Notes: generated by a model from the letters alone, not told the origin. Shown: positions 1 to 9,527, counted from the stretch's first letter. The stretch: 64,000 nt of DNA from Pseudomonadota bacterium (GCA_043811435.1 JBDRNF010000055.1:14196-78195), one strand, 5' to 3'. Translations and numbers: made by a program.

Positions 1-453
1 GATCACCGGCACACCCAGATCGCTTGCGGCTTTGAGCTGATCGCCGGCCACATTTCCAAGTCCGCCCGAATAGATGGGAAGCGCCTCGCTCAGCATGAAT
101 TCCATGCTGAAATACGCGACGCAACTCAGCGCGCTCTGCGCATGAGCTTTCTGAAACCAGGCGGGCGCCTCTGTTGTGCGGCGCATCGATTGCGCGAGGT
201 CGTCGACTCTTTTGAAAAAGTCCTTGTCGGCCAACGCGCGTTGCAGTCGCTCCCGGGAGACGGTCTGCAGGACGATCCATGGGTTCTGCGTGCGGTGCCA
301 GAGCGCAGGGTCGAGCTGACGCCATATCTCGTCAGTGCAGTGGTTCCACGACCAATGGAGGTCCAGGGCAAGCTCTGCAAGCAATTCGACTCCCCCGACA
401 TCCGTGGGCAGAAGGCTGTGTGTCGGGTCGTTGACAGACGTTTCCACACTCAT
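1..453 (-). CDS. glgP: alpha-glucan (glycogen/starch) phosphorylase, N-terminal part, runs off the left edge
   Basis: Not in the ORF track. Hand translation from ATG 453 (RBS GGAG) gives MSVETSVNDPTHSLLPTDVGGVELLAELALDLHWSWNH...VAYFSMEFMLSEALPIYSGGLGNVAGDQLKAASDLGVPVI, the phosphorylase YSGGLG signature. Confidence 0.93.
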   Translation of the reverse strand, partial: MSVETSVNDPTHSLLPTDVGGVELLAELALDLHWSWNHCTDEIWRQLDPALWHRTQNPWIVLQTVSRERLQRALADKDFFKRVDDLAQSMRRTTEAPAWFQKAHAQSALSCVAYFSMEFMLSEALPIYSGGLGNVAGDQLKAASDLGVPVI

Positions 454-662
454 GGCGGCTCCTGCAAATCCGTTCTGGACGGAACTGCTGCCCGTATTGG
501 TCTGGGCAGGTCAACCAACGTCGGCGGTTCGGCCGGTTTGCCGGCAGGAGGACTTATGTTCATCGCTGTTCCGTCAGTTGCAGCGTGCCGCCTCCGAGGG
601 GAGGTCTCGGAGTGGAACCCTCGGCAACAAGAAAATCATGCCCCGGTCGCAGATGCGATTCT

Positions 663-676
663 TTGATCTCAATTAA
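663..676. promoter_or_regulatory. FNR/FixK-like box upstream of glgP
   Basis: tct-TTGAT-ctca-ATTAA. Confidence 0.75.
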
Positions 677-937
677 TAAGCGGCGCCGAGGAGCGACAAT
701 GCGAGGCGGTGCCGATCAAATCCGGCCTGATTGCGCAACCGGAGTTGGGTCCATACATCTGGCTGCCCGGCAAAGGCCATCCCGCGATCAGACTGGTACT
801 TGGATCATCTGGAGTGGGTTGGATCTCAAACGGCTGCGCTCTTTTACGCCCATATGGTTGACAATCGGCGGACCGGGAACCCGTATGCTGCCCGGGTCCT
901 GACCGGATCATCCGTCCAGGAGGATTGGAGGCATTCA

Positions 938-1166
938 ATGCCAGGCGCTGCCGACCGCCCTTCTGAGAAGGTGACCACACCCGAAACGATTCGATGGCGT
1001 CGCGTTCGACCTCGACGGTGTGCTCACGAAAACGGCCCTCGTTCATGAGGCCGCTTGGAAGCGGATCTTCGACGAATACATGGAGCGTCGAGCGAAGCTC
1101 GATAGACAGTCGTTCGTTCCGTTCGCTTCGGACGATTACCGCCAGCATGTCGATGGCCGTCCTTGA
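938..1166 (+). pseudogene. beta-phosphoglucomutase-family HAD hydrolase remnant
   Basis: After RBS GGAGG and ATG 938 a frameshift leads to RFDGVAFDLDGVLTKTALVHEAAWKRIFDEY...[11 protein letters not shown] (HAD motif I, DxDG). Stops at 1166. Confidence 0.8.
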
Positions 1167-1403
1167 AACAGCCCGCAGTCGACGAGGATCCGCTTATCTC
1201 CGGTCTCCACCAGATATTTCGATCCGGTGACAGTTCCGACACCGCCCAGAAAGGTCAACCTCAAGCTCATCTGAGGCTCCTACGATCCGGTGGCTTCGTC
1301 GCGTTTATGGGATTTAGATAATCGCTCGGTGTGCGACCTGCGTCGCGGCTGAACGAATCGAGACAACTTCAAAAACTTAGAGCACGTTCGCTTTCGTGAA
1401 AGT

Positions 1404-1417
1404 TTAACCTGCATCAA
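1404..1417. promoter_or_regulatory. FNR/FixK-like box upstream of DUF302-pfkB
   Basis: TTAAC-ctgc-ATCAA (reverse strand TTGAT-gcag-GTTAA). Confidence 0.75.
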
Positions 1418-1520
1418 TGCGGGCCCGGGCATCGATCAATAGTATTTCAAACATTGTGCACGAGCGCGGTCGGTCGAACGACATTGACCGGTTGCATTAC
1501 TCGTCAGGGCGGACGATGGC

Positions 1521-1862
1521 ATGAGGGACTATTTTAGCAAGGCTCTGCCGATCGGTTCTGATGAGGCCGTGCGACGCGCGCCGGACGTCCTCCAACGCGA
1601 GGGCTTCTGCATCGTTACCGAGATCATCGTCAAACACCCGCCCAAGGCCAAGATCGGCGCCGACCTCCGGAATTATCGCATCCTCGGAGTCTACAATCCA
1701 AGGCTGGCGCTTGAGACGCAGCAGCTGAATGACGAGATTAGCACCATGTTGCTATGCAACGTAGTGGTCCAGGAATTGACCAGCAATCCGACGAAGATCG
1801 CCGCCATCGCTCCGATCGCCCCCATGCGGAAGGTTTATGGAGGTTCTGTGACCGATGCCTGA
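1521..1862 (+). CDS. DUF302 family protein, degenerate and possibly decaying
   Basis: YFSK...EGF..TEI.VK...K.G...RNYRILGVYNP...TMLLCNVVVQE resembles DUF302. The usual GACNP and LPCN motifs are altered and the C-terminus is short. Confidence 0.7.
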   Translation: MRDYFSKALPIGSDEAVRRAPDVLQREGFCIVTEIIVKHPPKAKIGADLRNYRILGVYNPRLALETQQLNDEISTMLLCNVVVQELTSNPTKIAAIAPIAPMRKVYGGSVTDA

Positions 1863-1905
1863 GAGCGGACCTCCACCGGATCTTCACAACTGAAAGGCGA
1901 CACCG

Positions 1906-2847
1906 ATGATGAAGGACATCGTCGCGCTTTCGATGAACCCGGCGATCGACATTTCGACCTCTGTCCGCCAGGTCATGCCCTTCAGTAAGCTCCGCTGCGC
2001 AGCGGTGCAACGCGATCCAGGCGGGGGCGGAATCAATGTGGCGCGCGTCGTCCGCCGGTTTGGGGCCGATATGATGGCCATCTACCCCTCGGGAGGAGCG
2101 GTCGGCCAACTGCTTCGGCGCCTTGTCGATCAAGAAGGGATCCGGAGCCTGGCAATCCAGACGTTGGAAGAAACCCGCGAGGATTTTGCCGTTGTCGAAA
2201 CGGCGACCGGCAATCAGTTCCGGTTCGTTATGCCGGGGCCGCAACTGGTCGAACGAGAGTGGCGCGAGTGTCTCGACGTGGTTGCTTCATTGATGGCGCG
2301 GTCGCAATTCATGATCGCGAGCGGAAGTTTGCCTCCGGGTGTTCCAGAAGATTTTTACGGGCGGGTCGCCCGGTTGGCGAAGGACACGGGCGCAAAACTC
2401 ATTCTCGACACCTCCGGCCGTCCATTGGAAGCGGCGTTGAAGGAGGGTGTGTATCTCGTCAAGCCCAACTTGCACGAATTGGGAGAACTGGTTGGTGCAC
2501 CGCTCGACGACCAGGAAGCATGGGTAGAAGCAAGCCGCAGCCTCGTGCAGGCGGGTCGCGCCGAGATCGTTGCGCTGACCCTCGGAGATAAGGGCGCGCT
2601 TTTGGTGACGCGTGACGAGGCGTGGCGCGCACTAGCCTTGCCGATCAAGCCTGTCAGCGTGGTAGGCGCCGGTGACAGCTTCCTGGGCGGCATGGTCTGG
2701 AGCCTCATTTCCGACCGCGGCCTTGGGGATGCCCTCCGCTTTGGCAATGCGGCGGGATCGGCGGCGGTCCTGGCCCCGGGCACCGAACTCTGCCGTCCGC
2801 AAGACGTCGAACGCCTTTATAGTGAGGCTGTCGTGCAGGCGCTTTAG
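1906..2847 (+). CDS. pfkB: 1-phosphofructokinase/PfkB family hexose kinase
   Basis: MNPAID, PGGGGINVAR, SGSLPPG, VKPN, VGAGDSF motifs; 313 aa. Confidence 0.92.
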   Translation: MMKDIVALSMNPAIDISTSVRQVMPFSKLRCAAVQRDPGGGGINVARVVRRFGADMMAIYPSGGAVGQLLRRLVDQEGIRSLAIQTLEETREDFAVVETATGNQFRFVMPGPQLVEREWRECLDVVASLMARSQFMIASGSLPPGVPEDFYGRVARLAKDTGAKLILDTSGRPLEAALKEGVYLVKPNLHELGELVGAPLDDQEAWVEASRSLVQAGRAEIVALTLGDKGALLVTRDEAWRALALPIKPVSVVGAGDSFLGGMVWSLISDRGLGDALRFGNAAGSAAVLAPGTELCRPQDVERLYSEAVVQAL

Positions 2848-2970
2848 TCTAGGTGAGGCGCCCAGCAAGCCGAATGAAGCTTCGGGCGATTAGTCCAGCT
2901 CCAATCGCCCTTGCAGACCGTATCCCGCACCCGGCTGCCGTTGAAGACAACACGGCGGCAAGTAATGCGT

Positions 2971-4017
2971 CTATCGGAACAGCAGATGCGAGATCCCCAG
3001 TGCCGCGTTTGTTTTCGCAATCGAGGCCTTTGCCGTCCGTTCTCGTCCGATGAGCGCACGGATGGCATCGATCGTCTCGGGAATCACGATCGCCTGGTTG
3101 TCGACCATGTAGGCGTAGAATGCTTCATCGCCCTGGACCGTTACCAGATCCTCCCACAGCGCGACCTCATAGAGATTGTCGCGCGGCCTCCCCATGTCCG
3201 CCATGAGTTCCTTCACTGTATTGATCGCCGTCAGCCCGTCGCTCATCCGAATCAACGCGATGCGGGGAGAGGACCGGAACGCGGCAAGCACTTCCTCCCT
3301 GCTCGCCTTACGCGTCAGCTGAACCGCCCAGCAGTGAAGATGCGCGAGAGTTTCGGGCACCATGACCGCCATCGTTACGACATCGATCTCCGGATCGACC
3401 GTCTGCGCGTCAGGGCCCTGGTGGCTCGGAATCTCATCTTCCGGGACGAGCGTGTTCATGATGCCGCCCTTGTGGCTTTCCCACGGGTCCGTAGCGCGCC
3501 GCATCAGCGTCCCACGCGCGCGATGCAGGAGCCCGGCAACCTTCAGCGCGGTCAGCGTTCGCACCACCGAGGTCGTGTTGCACGAGACGACGCGGGTTGA
3601 TTCGCGCCCAACCGCGCCGGCATAGCTCGCTTCGGCGACGAACGAATGTCCCGTCACGTCGTGCTTCTCGCCGCCCTGCACGATGAATTTGACACCGCGT
3701 TTGCGGTAAAGCTCGGCGTTCTTCGCACCGATCCGCTTCGGCGTACAGTCGACAACGATGTCAGCACCGCCTAGCAGTGTATCGAGGGTACCGGCGACTT
3801 CGAAGCCGGCCTTGCGCATGACGCCGACGCTGCTCTCCAGCGCCGCGAATAGCTTGAACCCTTTCTGGGCAGCGGGCCGCAGACGCCAGTCCGTTGCGAT
3901 GTCAGCGATGCCGACGAGCTCCATGTCATCCTGGCATGCGACCGCATCAGCCACACGTTTACCGATGACGCCGTAGCCGTTCAACGCGACACGGATCTTG
4001 CCGTTCTGTCCTGCCAT
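2971..4017 (-). CDS. gap: type II (archaeal-type) glyceraldehyde-3-phosphate dehydrogenase
   Basis: NGYGVIGKRVADAV..QDDMELVG, DCTP, QGGEK, catalytic VVSCNTT, PSHQGPD, QAIVIPETIDAIRA are class II GAPDH signatures. Confidence 0.92.
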   Translation of the reverse strand: MAGQNGKIRVALNGYGVIGKRVADAVACQDDMELVGIADIATDWRLRPAAQKGFKLFAALESSVGVMRKAGFEVAGTLDTLLGGADIVVDCTPKRIGAKNAELYRKRGVKFIVQGGEKHDVTGHSFVAEASYAGAVGRESTRVVSCNTTSVVRTLTALKVAGLLHRARGTLMRRATDPWESHKGGIMNTLVPEDEIPSHQGPDAQTVDPEIDVVTMAVMVPETLAHLHCWAVQLTRKASREEVLAAFRSSPRIALIRMSDGLTAINTVKELMADMGRPRDNLYEVALWEDLVTVQGDEAFYAYMVDNQAIVIPETIDAIRALIGRERTAKASIAKTNAALGISHLLFR

Positions 4018-4082
4018 GATTGATTCCTTTCCATATCCATCTGAGCGCTAGTTGATCTACTGAGTCACGTGTTCATCTCGCG

Positions 4083-6494
4083 CTAAGATTTGCGTAGCCG
4101 TGCCGGCTTAGCCGCGGCTTCTGCGACGGCAACTCGCTTCTTGACGGGGATGAAGCTGTCCGGACTCACCGACATGGAATCGATGCCACACGCAACCAGG
4201 AACCCAGCGAATTCGGGATGGTTGCTCGGCGCTTCGCCGCACAGCCCGACCTTGGCACCGGCCTTGTGGGCCTCGCGTATGACGCTTTCGATCATCCACT
4301 TCACTGCCTCGTCCTGCTCGTCGAAGAGCTCGGCAAGCTCCCCGGAATCGCGATCGACCCCGAGCGTGAGCTGTGTGAGGTCGTTGCTGCCGATGGAGAA
4401 GCCATCGAAACGCTCGGCGAAGGCCTTGGCGAGGATGACGTTCGAGGGAATTTCGCACATGACGTAGACTTCGAGGCCGTTCTGCCCTCGCTTGAGGCCG
4501 TTCTCGGCCATGACGGCGAGCACGCGGTCCGCTTCCTTGGTCGAACGGCAGAACGGGATCATGACGATGACGTTCGTGAGACCCATAACCTGGCGCAGGC
4601 GCCAGATCGCCCTGCACTCGAGCGCGAATCCGGCCTGGTAACGCTGCGAGTAGTAACGCGATGCGCCGCGGAAGCCGAGCATCGGATTTTCTTCTCTAGG
4701 CTCGAAGGCGGCGCCGCCGATCAGGTTGGCATATTCATTGGTTTTGAAGTCGCTCATGCGCACGATCACCGGCTTCGGGTGGTACGCTGCCGCGATCCGG
4801 GCGAGGCCGCGGGCGAGGCGATCGACAAAGTATTCGGTCTTCTCGTCGTAGCCGCGGGTCAGTTCGGCGATTGCGTGCTTGGCTTCCTCATCCTTGAGCG
4901 TGTCGTAATGGACCAGGGCCATCGGATGGACCTTGATGTGGTTGCTCACCACGAACTCCATGCGCGCAAGTCCGACGCCGTCAGCCGGGAGTCGCCACCA
5001 GCGGAACGCTGCAGCCGGATTGGCGAGGTTGAGCATCACTTGCGTGCGGGTTGCCGGGACGCTTTCCAGGTCGAGGTTCACCGTCTCGTAATCGGCGTAC
5101 CCCTCGTAGACGAAGCCCTCGTCGCCTTCGGCGCAGGAGGCCGTCACTTCCTGTTCGTCATGGAGGACGTGGGTCGCATTGCCGGTGCCAACGATCGCCG
5201 GCAGGCCAAGCTCGCGACTGACGATCGCGGCATGCGATGTGCGACCGCCGTGATCGGTAATGATAGCTGCCGCGCGCTTCATGATCGGAACCCAATCCGG
5301 ATCGGTGGTCTGCGTTACCAGAATGGCGCCCTCGACGAAGCGGCCGATCTCACGCGGACTGTCGATCAGGCAAACCCGGCCAGCAACGATCGCATCGCCG
5401 ATGCTCAGGCCCGTGACCAGTTTTCGCCCCATCGACTTGATGCGGTAGGATTTGAACACGCTGGCCTCCTTGCGCGATTGCACCGTTTCGGGCCGCGCCT
5501 GGACGATGAACAACTCGCCGGTCTCGCCGTCCTTTGCCCACTCCATGTCCATCGGGCGGCCGTAGTGATCCTCGATCACGCAGGCCCAGCGCGCCAGCGC
5601 CAGGATGTCCGGATCGCTCAGCACGAAGGCGGCGCGTTCCGCCTTGGAGGTCGGAACGTTGCGCGTCGGGCGATCGCCATCCTGCGCATAGACCATCTTC
5701 TGAGCCTTCTCGCCGAGCTTCTTCTCGATGATGGGCACCAGCGAAAGCTGCGACAGCAGCGGCTTGAACACCTGATACTCGTCGGGGTCTATCGCGCCTT
5801 GCACGACGTTCTCGCCGAGCCCCCAGGCCGCGTTCATGACGACAACCTTGTCAAAACCGGTCTCGGTATCGATGGAGAACATGACTCCGGCGCCACCGAG
5901 ATCGGCGCGTACCATTCGTTGCACCCCGACCGACAGTGCCACCTTCAGATGATCGAAGCCTTTGGTTTGCCGGTAGCTGATCGCCCGATTCGTGAAGAGC
6001 GAGGCATAGCAGCGCCGGCAGGCGTCGAGGAGGGCGACCTCGCCGCGTATATTGAGATAGGTCTCCTGCTGTCCGGCGAAACTTGCGTCCGGGAGATCCT
6101 CGGCCGTGGCGCTCGATCGCACGGCGACGTCCGCATCCGTCTTTCCTGCGCGTCGGCAAAGTTCCCGATACGATGCTTGGATGGCCTCGGCCGTGTCCTG
6201 TGGCCAAGTCCCGCGCAGGAACTCGCGGCGGATGGTGGCGCCAACTTCAGCAAGGGGTGCATGGCCGGCCGCCAGCGCCGAGAGCGAGTCGGCGATCACT
6301 CTTCTGAGTCCGTTTGCCTCGACATAGCGCCAGTAGGCGTCCGCGGTTGTCGCAAATCCCGGCGGCACGCGGACACCCTCCTCGGCGAGATTGCTCACCA
6401 TCTCGCCAAGCGAGGCATTCTTGCCGCCGACGCGCGCCACGTCGCCGCGGCCCAATTTCTCCAGCCAGATGATGGGCGATGTATCCTTGGTCAT
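4083..6494 (-). CDS. ppsA: phosphoenolpyruvate synthase (pyruvate, water dikinase)
   Basis: GGKNASLGEM, AVRSSATAEDLPDASFAGQQET, GGRTSHAAIVSRE, FSIGSNDLTQ. Start placed at ATG 6494 behind RBS GAAGGAGG. Confidence 0.96.
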   Translation of the reverse strand: MTKDTSPIIWLEKLGRGDVARVGGKNASLGEMVSNLAEEGVRVPPGFATTADAYWRYVEANGLRRVIADSLSALAAGHAPLAEVGATIRREFLRGTWPQDTAEAIQASYRELCRRAGKTDADVAVRSSATAEDLPDASFAGQQETYLNIRGEVALLDACRRCYASLFTNRAISYRQTKGFDHLKVALSVGVQRMVRADLGGAGVMFSIDTETGFDKVVVMNAAWGLGENVVQGAIDPDEYQVFKPLLSQLSLVPIIEKKLGEKAQKMVYAQDGDRPTRNVPTSKAERAAFVLSDPDILALARWACVIEDHYGRPMDMEWAKDGETGELFIVQARPETVQSRKEASVFKSYRIKSMGRKLVTGLSIGDAIVAGRVCLIDSPREIGRFVEGAILVTQTTDPDWVPIMKRAAAIITDHGGRTSHAAIVSRELGLPAIVGTGNATHVLHDEQEVTASCAEGDEGFVYEGYADYETVNLDLESVPATRTQVMLNLANPAAAFRWWRLPADGVGLARMEFVVSNHIKVHPMALVHYDTLKDEEAKHAIAELTRGYDEKTEYFVDRLARGLARIAAAYHPKPVIVRMSDFKTNEYANLIGGAAFEPREENPMLGFRGASRYYSQRYQAGFALECRAIWRLRQVMGLTNVIVMIPFCRSTKEADRVLAVMAENGLKRGQNGLEVYVMCEIPSNVILAKAFAERFDGFSIGSNDLTQLTLGVDRDSGELAELFDEQDEAVKWMIESVIREAHKAGAKVGLCGEAPSNHPEFAGFLVACGIDSMSVSPDSFIPVKKRVAVAEAAAKPARLRKS

Positions 6495-6714
6495 GGTGTC
6501 CTCCTTCAGAGCGGTCATTTTTTTGGCGCCTCCCGTGAACCGGAAAAAATTCGCTGCGAATGATCCGATCGCATCGAGTCGATCCGCGATCACTCGCGTC
6601 CGAGGCCGAAGCCCTCGCGGGTCGGCCTCTGCAGAACGGCACGGCAGCCGGCCACGAGCCGGATGCCCTTATAGAGACAGAGAGAACTTATGCCGCAGTT
6701 GCAGGCTCGATTCT

Positions 6715-6728
6715 TTGATTTCAATTAA
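6715..6728. promoter_or_regulatory. FNR/FixK-like box upstream of ppsA-gap
   Basis: tct-TTGAT-ttca-ATTAA; 21-nt context differs by one base from the glgP box. Confidence 0.78.
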
Positions 6729-6784
6729 GTAAGTCGACCGCAGGGGGTCCCACCCAAGAGCGCCCAGTAAGGACAGGCGCTCCG

Positions 6785-7156
6785 TCAAGCCTCTGGCAAT
6801 CCGGAAATGGAAGCAACGAGTTCATCGATTGAACAGCTACACGAACCCACGCGTACGTCGATGCCGGCGGCGCGTAGCTTTTGTTTGTCAGGTTCACCAA
6901 TGAACCCGCAGATGACTTGTCTGGGCTTCAAGTCCAGCAGGAGATCGCACATCGATTTCGCACCCGAGCGATCCTGCGGATGGAACTCCCGCGAACCATC
7001 GGCGGCATTCGCCAGCAAGACACCGTCGCACTTGCTGAAGAACGGACAGAGCAGGGACGTAGACCCCGAGTTCATCACCAGCAAAGCCGTCCGGCCCGCC
7101 GCGGCGGATGAACCGGATGCCGCGTTTGCCCTGAGATGCCCGCGAGCGCTCGACAT
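6785..7156 (-). CDS. small Cys-containing protein, NifB/NifX (Fe-Mo cofactor-binding)-like
   Basis: LCPFFSKCDGVLL and VICGFIG...KLRAAGIDVRVG resemble the NifX/NifB-like fold family; start uncertain. Confidence 0.55.
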   Translation of the reverse strand: MSSARGHLRANAASGSSAAAGRTALLVMNSGSTSLLCPFFSKCDGVLLANAADGSREFHPQDRSGAKSMCDLLLDLKPRQVICGFIGEPDKQKLRAAGIDVRVGSCSCSIDELVASISGLPEA

Positions 7157-7191
7157 TATCGAAGAATAGGCGAACTCGGGGACGTCGATCC

Positions 7192-7205
7192 TTAACTTCG
7201 ATCAG
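7192..7205. promoter_or_regulatory. FNR/FixK-like box (variant)
   Basis: reverse strand tgt-CTGAT-cgaa-GTTAA-gga. Confidence 0.6.
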
Positions 7206-7255
7206 ACATCTTGTCTCGCTTTCACTCAAGTATCAATTTCCGGGACCAACCCGCA

Positions 7256-7269
7256 TTGACGCAGATCAA
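7256..7269. promoter_or_regulatory. near-canonical FNR/FixK box upstream of the Cys-rich ORF, Crp/Fnr and cytochrome c unit
   Basis: TTGAC-gcag-ATCAA. Confidence 0.8.
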
Positions 7270-7354
7270 GGTGCGGTCCGGGTTCCGCGGTAACTTTTTC
7301 CATATACCAAGCTTCGAGAGTATCCGAAGGCCATAAAACTCAGACGAGTGCGGC

Positions 7355-7846
7355 ATGTTTGCTTTGCGAACGCCAGAATGGAGCCAACGACGCGGACCCG
7401 CGGGCAGGGCGGTGCGCACCGCCGTCAGTCTGTTGGCCCGGGCTGTTCTCGTTGTGGCGGCGTTGATGCTGTTCACGTTTGTGACCGTCAATGCCTCACA
7501 AGCCTGTTCAGGCGGAACTAACCCCACGACGCGTGTTGCGCAAATCGCGCAAGCTGCGCCCCAAGTCATCGCGAAGCAGTACGTGATCGCGAATCGGTCA
7601 GCCCTGGCGTCATCGGTCATCAAGTTTGCCGTCAAGGGCATCGGCTGTTGTGGTAAAGGATCAGGCCATTGCCATGGGCTCGCCTGTGCCGGCTCGTGCT
7701 GTCCGGCGTGTTCCGCAGGCCTGAACGTTGCAGGTTGGACGGTTGCTCCGAGCCGCATCTTGTATGGTGATATTCCGCCTGCCCAAAATCCCCGTTCTTC
7801 GACTGAACCAGACGCGCAGTTTCGACCTCCCCGGATCATTCTCTGA
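7355..7846 (+). CDS. exported Cys-rich protein with C-terminal RPP motif (DUF2946/CopL-like candidate leader)
   Basis: Hydrophobic N-terminal signal, CCGKGSGHCHGLACAGSCCPAC cluster, ends PDAQFRPPRIIL*. Confidence 0.65.
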   Translation: MFALRTPEWSQRRGPAGRAVRTAVSLLARAVLVVAALMLFTFVTVNASQACSGGTNPTTRVAQIAQAAPQVIAKQYVIANRSALASSVIKFAVKGIGCCGKGSGHCHGLACAGSCCPACSAGLNVAGWTVAPSRILYGDIPPAQNPRSSTEPDAQFRPPRIIL

Positions 7847-7851
7847 TCAAG

Positions 7852-7941
7852 TTCCCGATGGAGCATCCAATCGCGCCCGTTCGCGGGCGAGGGTGCTCAA
7901 TCGGGGGGCAATTTAGTCCGCAGGGTTCGGTTTTCGAACCC
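7852..7941 (+). promoter_or_regulatory. two intergenic RNA hairpins between the Cys-rich ORF and the Crp/Fnr gene
   Basis: Long imperfect stem 7852-7907 (ttcccgat-g-gagcatcc..gcccg-TTCG-cgggc..gggtgctc-a-atcggggg) and gggttcg-gtttt-cgaaccc at 7923-7941. Confidence 0.55.
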
Positions 7942-7985
7942 GTCCTTGATGAGAGATGTGAGTTCAGAACTTCGGGAGCCGCGAA

Positions 7986-8873
7986 ATGTCAAATTTTTTG
8001 AGCGCAGCGAGTAAGATTCCAAAGGAACGTCAGACCAATCCCGTGCGTATGGGGCGTCTCGATGCAGATCACACGGCGGGCCTCTCGCACGTGACCAGCC
8101 GCTACAATTCGGCAGATCGCCAGATCAAGGCCGGCTGCGATCTGTTCCGTGTGGGGGAGAGAGGCGAAGCCATCTACAACCTCGTCGATGGGTGGGTCGC
8201 CCTTTACAATTTGCTGGAGGATGGCCGCAGGCAGATTCTCCAGTTTGCCCTTCCCGGCGCGATACTCGCCTTCGTCCCCGCGCGGGGCGCGATGATGAGC
8301 TACAGTGCGCAGGCTCTCACGGATTCCGTTGTCGGGATCATTCCGCACGAAAACCTTCGACGTCTCTCCCGGGACAATCCGGAGATCGGATTGGAGCTTG
8401 CAGGGCTGATCTCTCAGGATCGCAGCTTCGCCTACGACCATCTGTCCAGCATGGGTCGGCGTTCCGCACGAGAGCGAGTGGCATATTTGCTACTTGAGCT
8501 GTTTATTCGATCTCGGTTGCGCTGGCCTGGGCATCGTAGCGAAGAAATGCATTTGCCGTTGACCCAAGAGCACATCGGAGACGCGACGGGTCTCACCGGC
8601 GTCCACGTCAATCGGGTGCTGCGAGATCTGTGCAAGGAAGGGATTGCCGAATTCCACTATCGGCGGCTCCGAATCGTCAATCCGGACAAGCTCGTCGATG
8701 TTGCCGGAATCGATCCTCACACTGCTCTATCGTGGATTAAAGATGACTCGTCCGACGAGGTCGCTATGGACCGCCGAAAGAGAGGTGATGCTCCGATGGC
8801 GATCGGCCTTCAATCAGCCTCCAGATCCGCCCTCCCGCGAGGGCGTATTCCTGAAAGGATCTATGCAACTTGA
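7986..8873 (+). CDS. Crp/Fnr family transcriptional regulator, paralogue 1 (no Fe-S Cys motif)
   Basis: DGRRQILQFALPG, GRRSARERVA, HTH LPLTQEHIGDATGLTGVHVNRVL. Confidence 0.92.
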   Translation: MSNFLSAASKIPKERQTNPVRMGRLDADHTAGLSHVTSRYNSADRQIKAGCDLFRVGERGEAIYNLVDGWVALYNLLEDGRRQILQFALPGAILAFVPARGAMMSYSAQALTDSVVGIIPHENLRRLSRDNPEIGLELAGLISQDRSFAYDHLSSMGRRSARERVAYLLLELFIRSRLRWPGHRSEEMHLPLTQEHIGDATGLTGVHVNRVLRDLCKEGIAEFHYRRLRIVNPDKLVDVAGIDPHTALSWIKDDSSDEVAMDRRKRGDAPMAIGLQSASRSALPRGRIPERIYAT

Positions 8874-9307
8874 GTGTTGCTGATCGTCTTCCGAAATGCC
8901 TCGTCCTTACGGCCTTGGTCGCGGGGCTGGGGGTATTGGTTTGGCAACTTGTAGGGTCGAACGGTACATCCAAGACAATCACGGTCGATGTCAAGGTGCC
9001 GGACCTTTCGGCAATCGGCATCACGGGCAGGGCGGCCTTTGAAGCCAACTGCGCCGCTTGTCACGGGCTTGAGGCCGCCGGCACCGACAAGGGCCCACCG
9101 CTGGTCCACGACATCTACAACCCGGGACACCATTCGGATGGCGTCTTCTTTCTCGCGGCCAGGCTCGGCGTGCGACAACACCATTGGTCCTATGGCGATA
9201 TGCCGCCACAGCGCCAAGTGACCGAGCCGCAGGTTGCGGCGATCGTCCAATACGTGCGGGAACTCCAGGTCGCCAATGGTATCGGTTATCGGCCACATCG
9301 CATGTAG
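8870..9307 (+). CDS. membrane-anchored monoheme c-type cytochrome
   Basis: N-terminal TM helix, CAACH heme motif, GPPLVH.IY.PGHH, GDMPP; TTG start overlaps the upstream stop. Confidence 0.88.
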   Translation: MSVADRLPKCLVLTALVAGLGVLVWQLVGSNGTSKTITVDVKVPDLSAIGITGRAAFEANCAACHGLEAAGTDKGPPLVHDIYNPGHHSDGVFFLAARLGVRQHHWSYGDMPPQRQVTEPQVAAIVQYVRELQVANGIGYRPHRM

Positions 9308-9513
9308 ATCAGCAAGGCGCTTGCGCGGGAGCAATCTCGGACGCCGATGCCCCCCGACAGCCTCTGCTGCTGGTCAAACCTAACAACATTTTGCCAGCCG
9401 TGAACTCGCGAACACGCGTCTACCGATCGCCAGATGCGAGTGCTGATCGGCCCGTTGAGCGCTTCAGGGGTCTCGATCCTGAGCCCTCGAGAGGCGGCGC
9501 TACGCAAGCGTCT

Positions 9514-9527
9514 TTGATCCACGTCAG
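9514..9527. promoter_or_regulatory. FNR/FixK-like box upstream of the YHS gene
   Basis: tct-TTGAT-ccac-GTCAG-aga. Confidence 0.68.

Noticed and set aside
4218-6563. 781-aa plus-strand ORF
   Set aside because: Antisense shadow of ppsA in high-GC DNA; no protein motifs.
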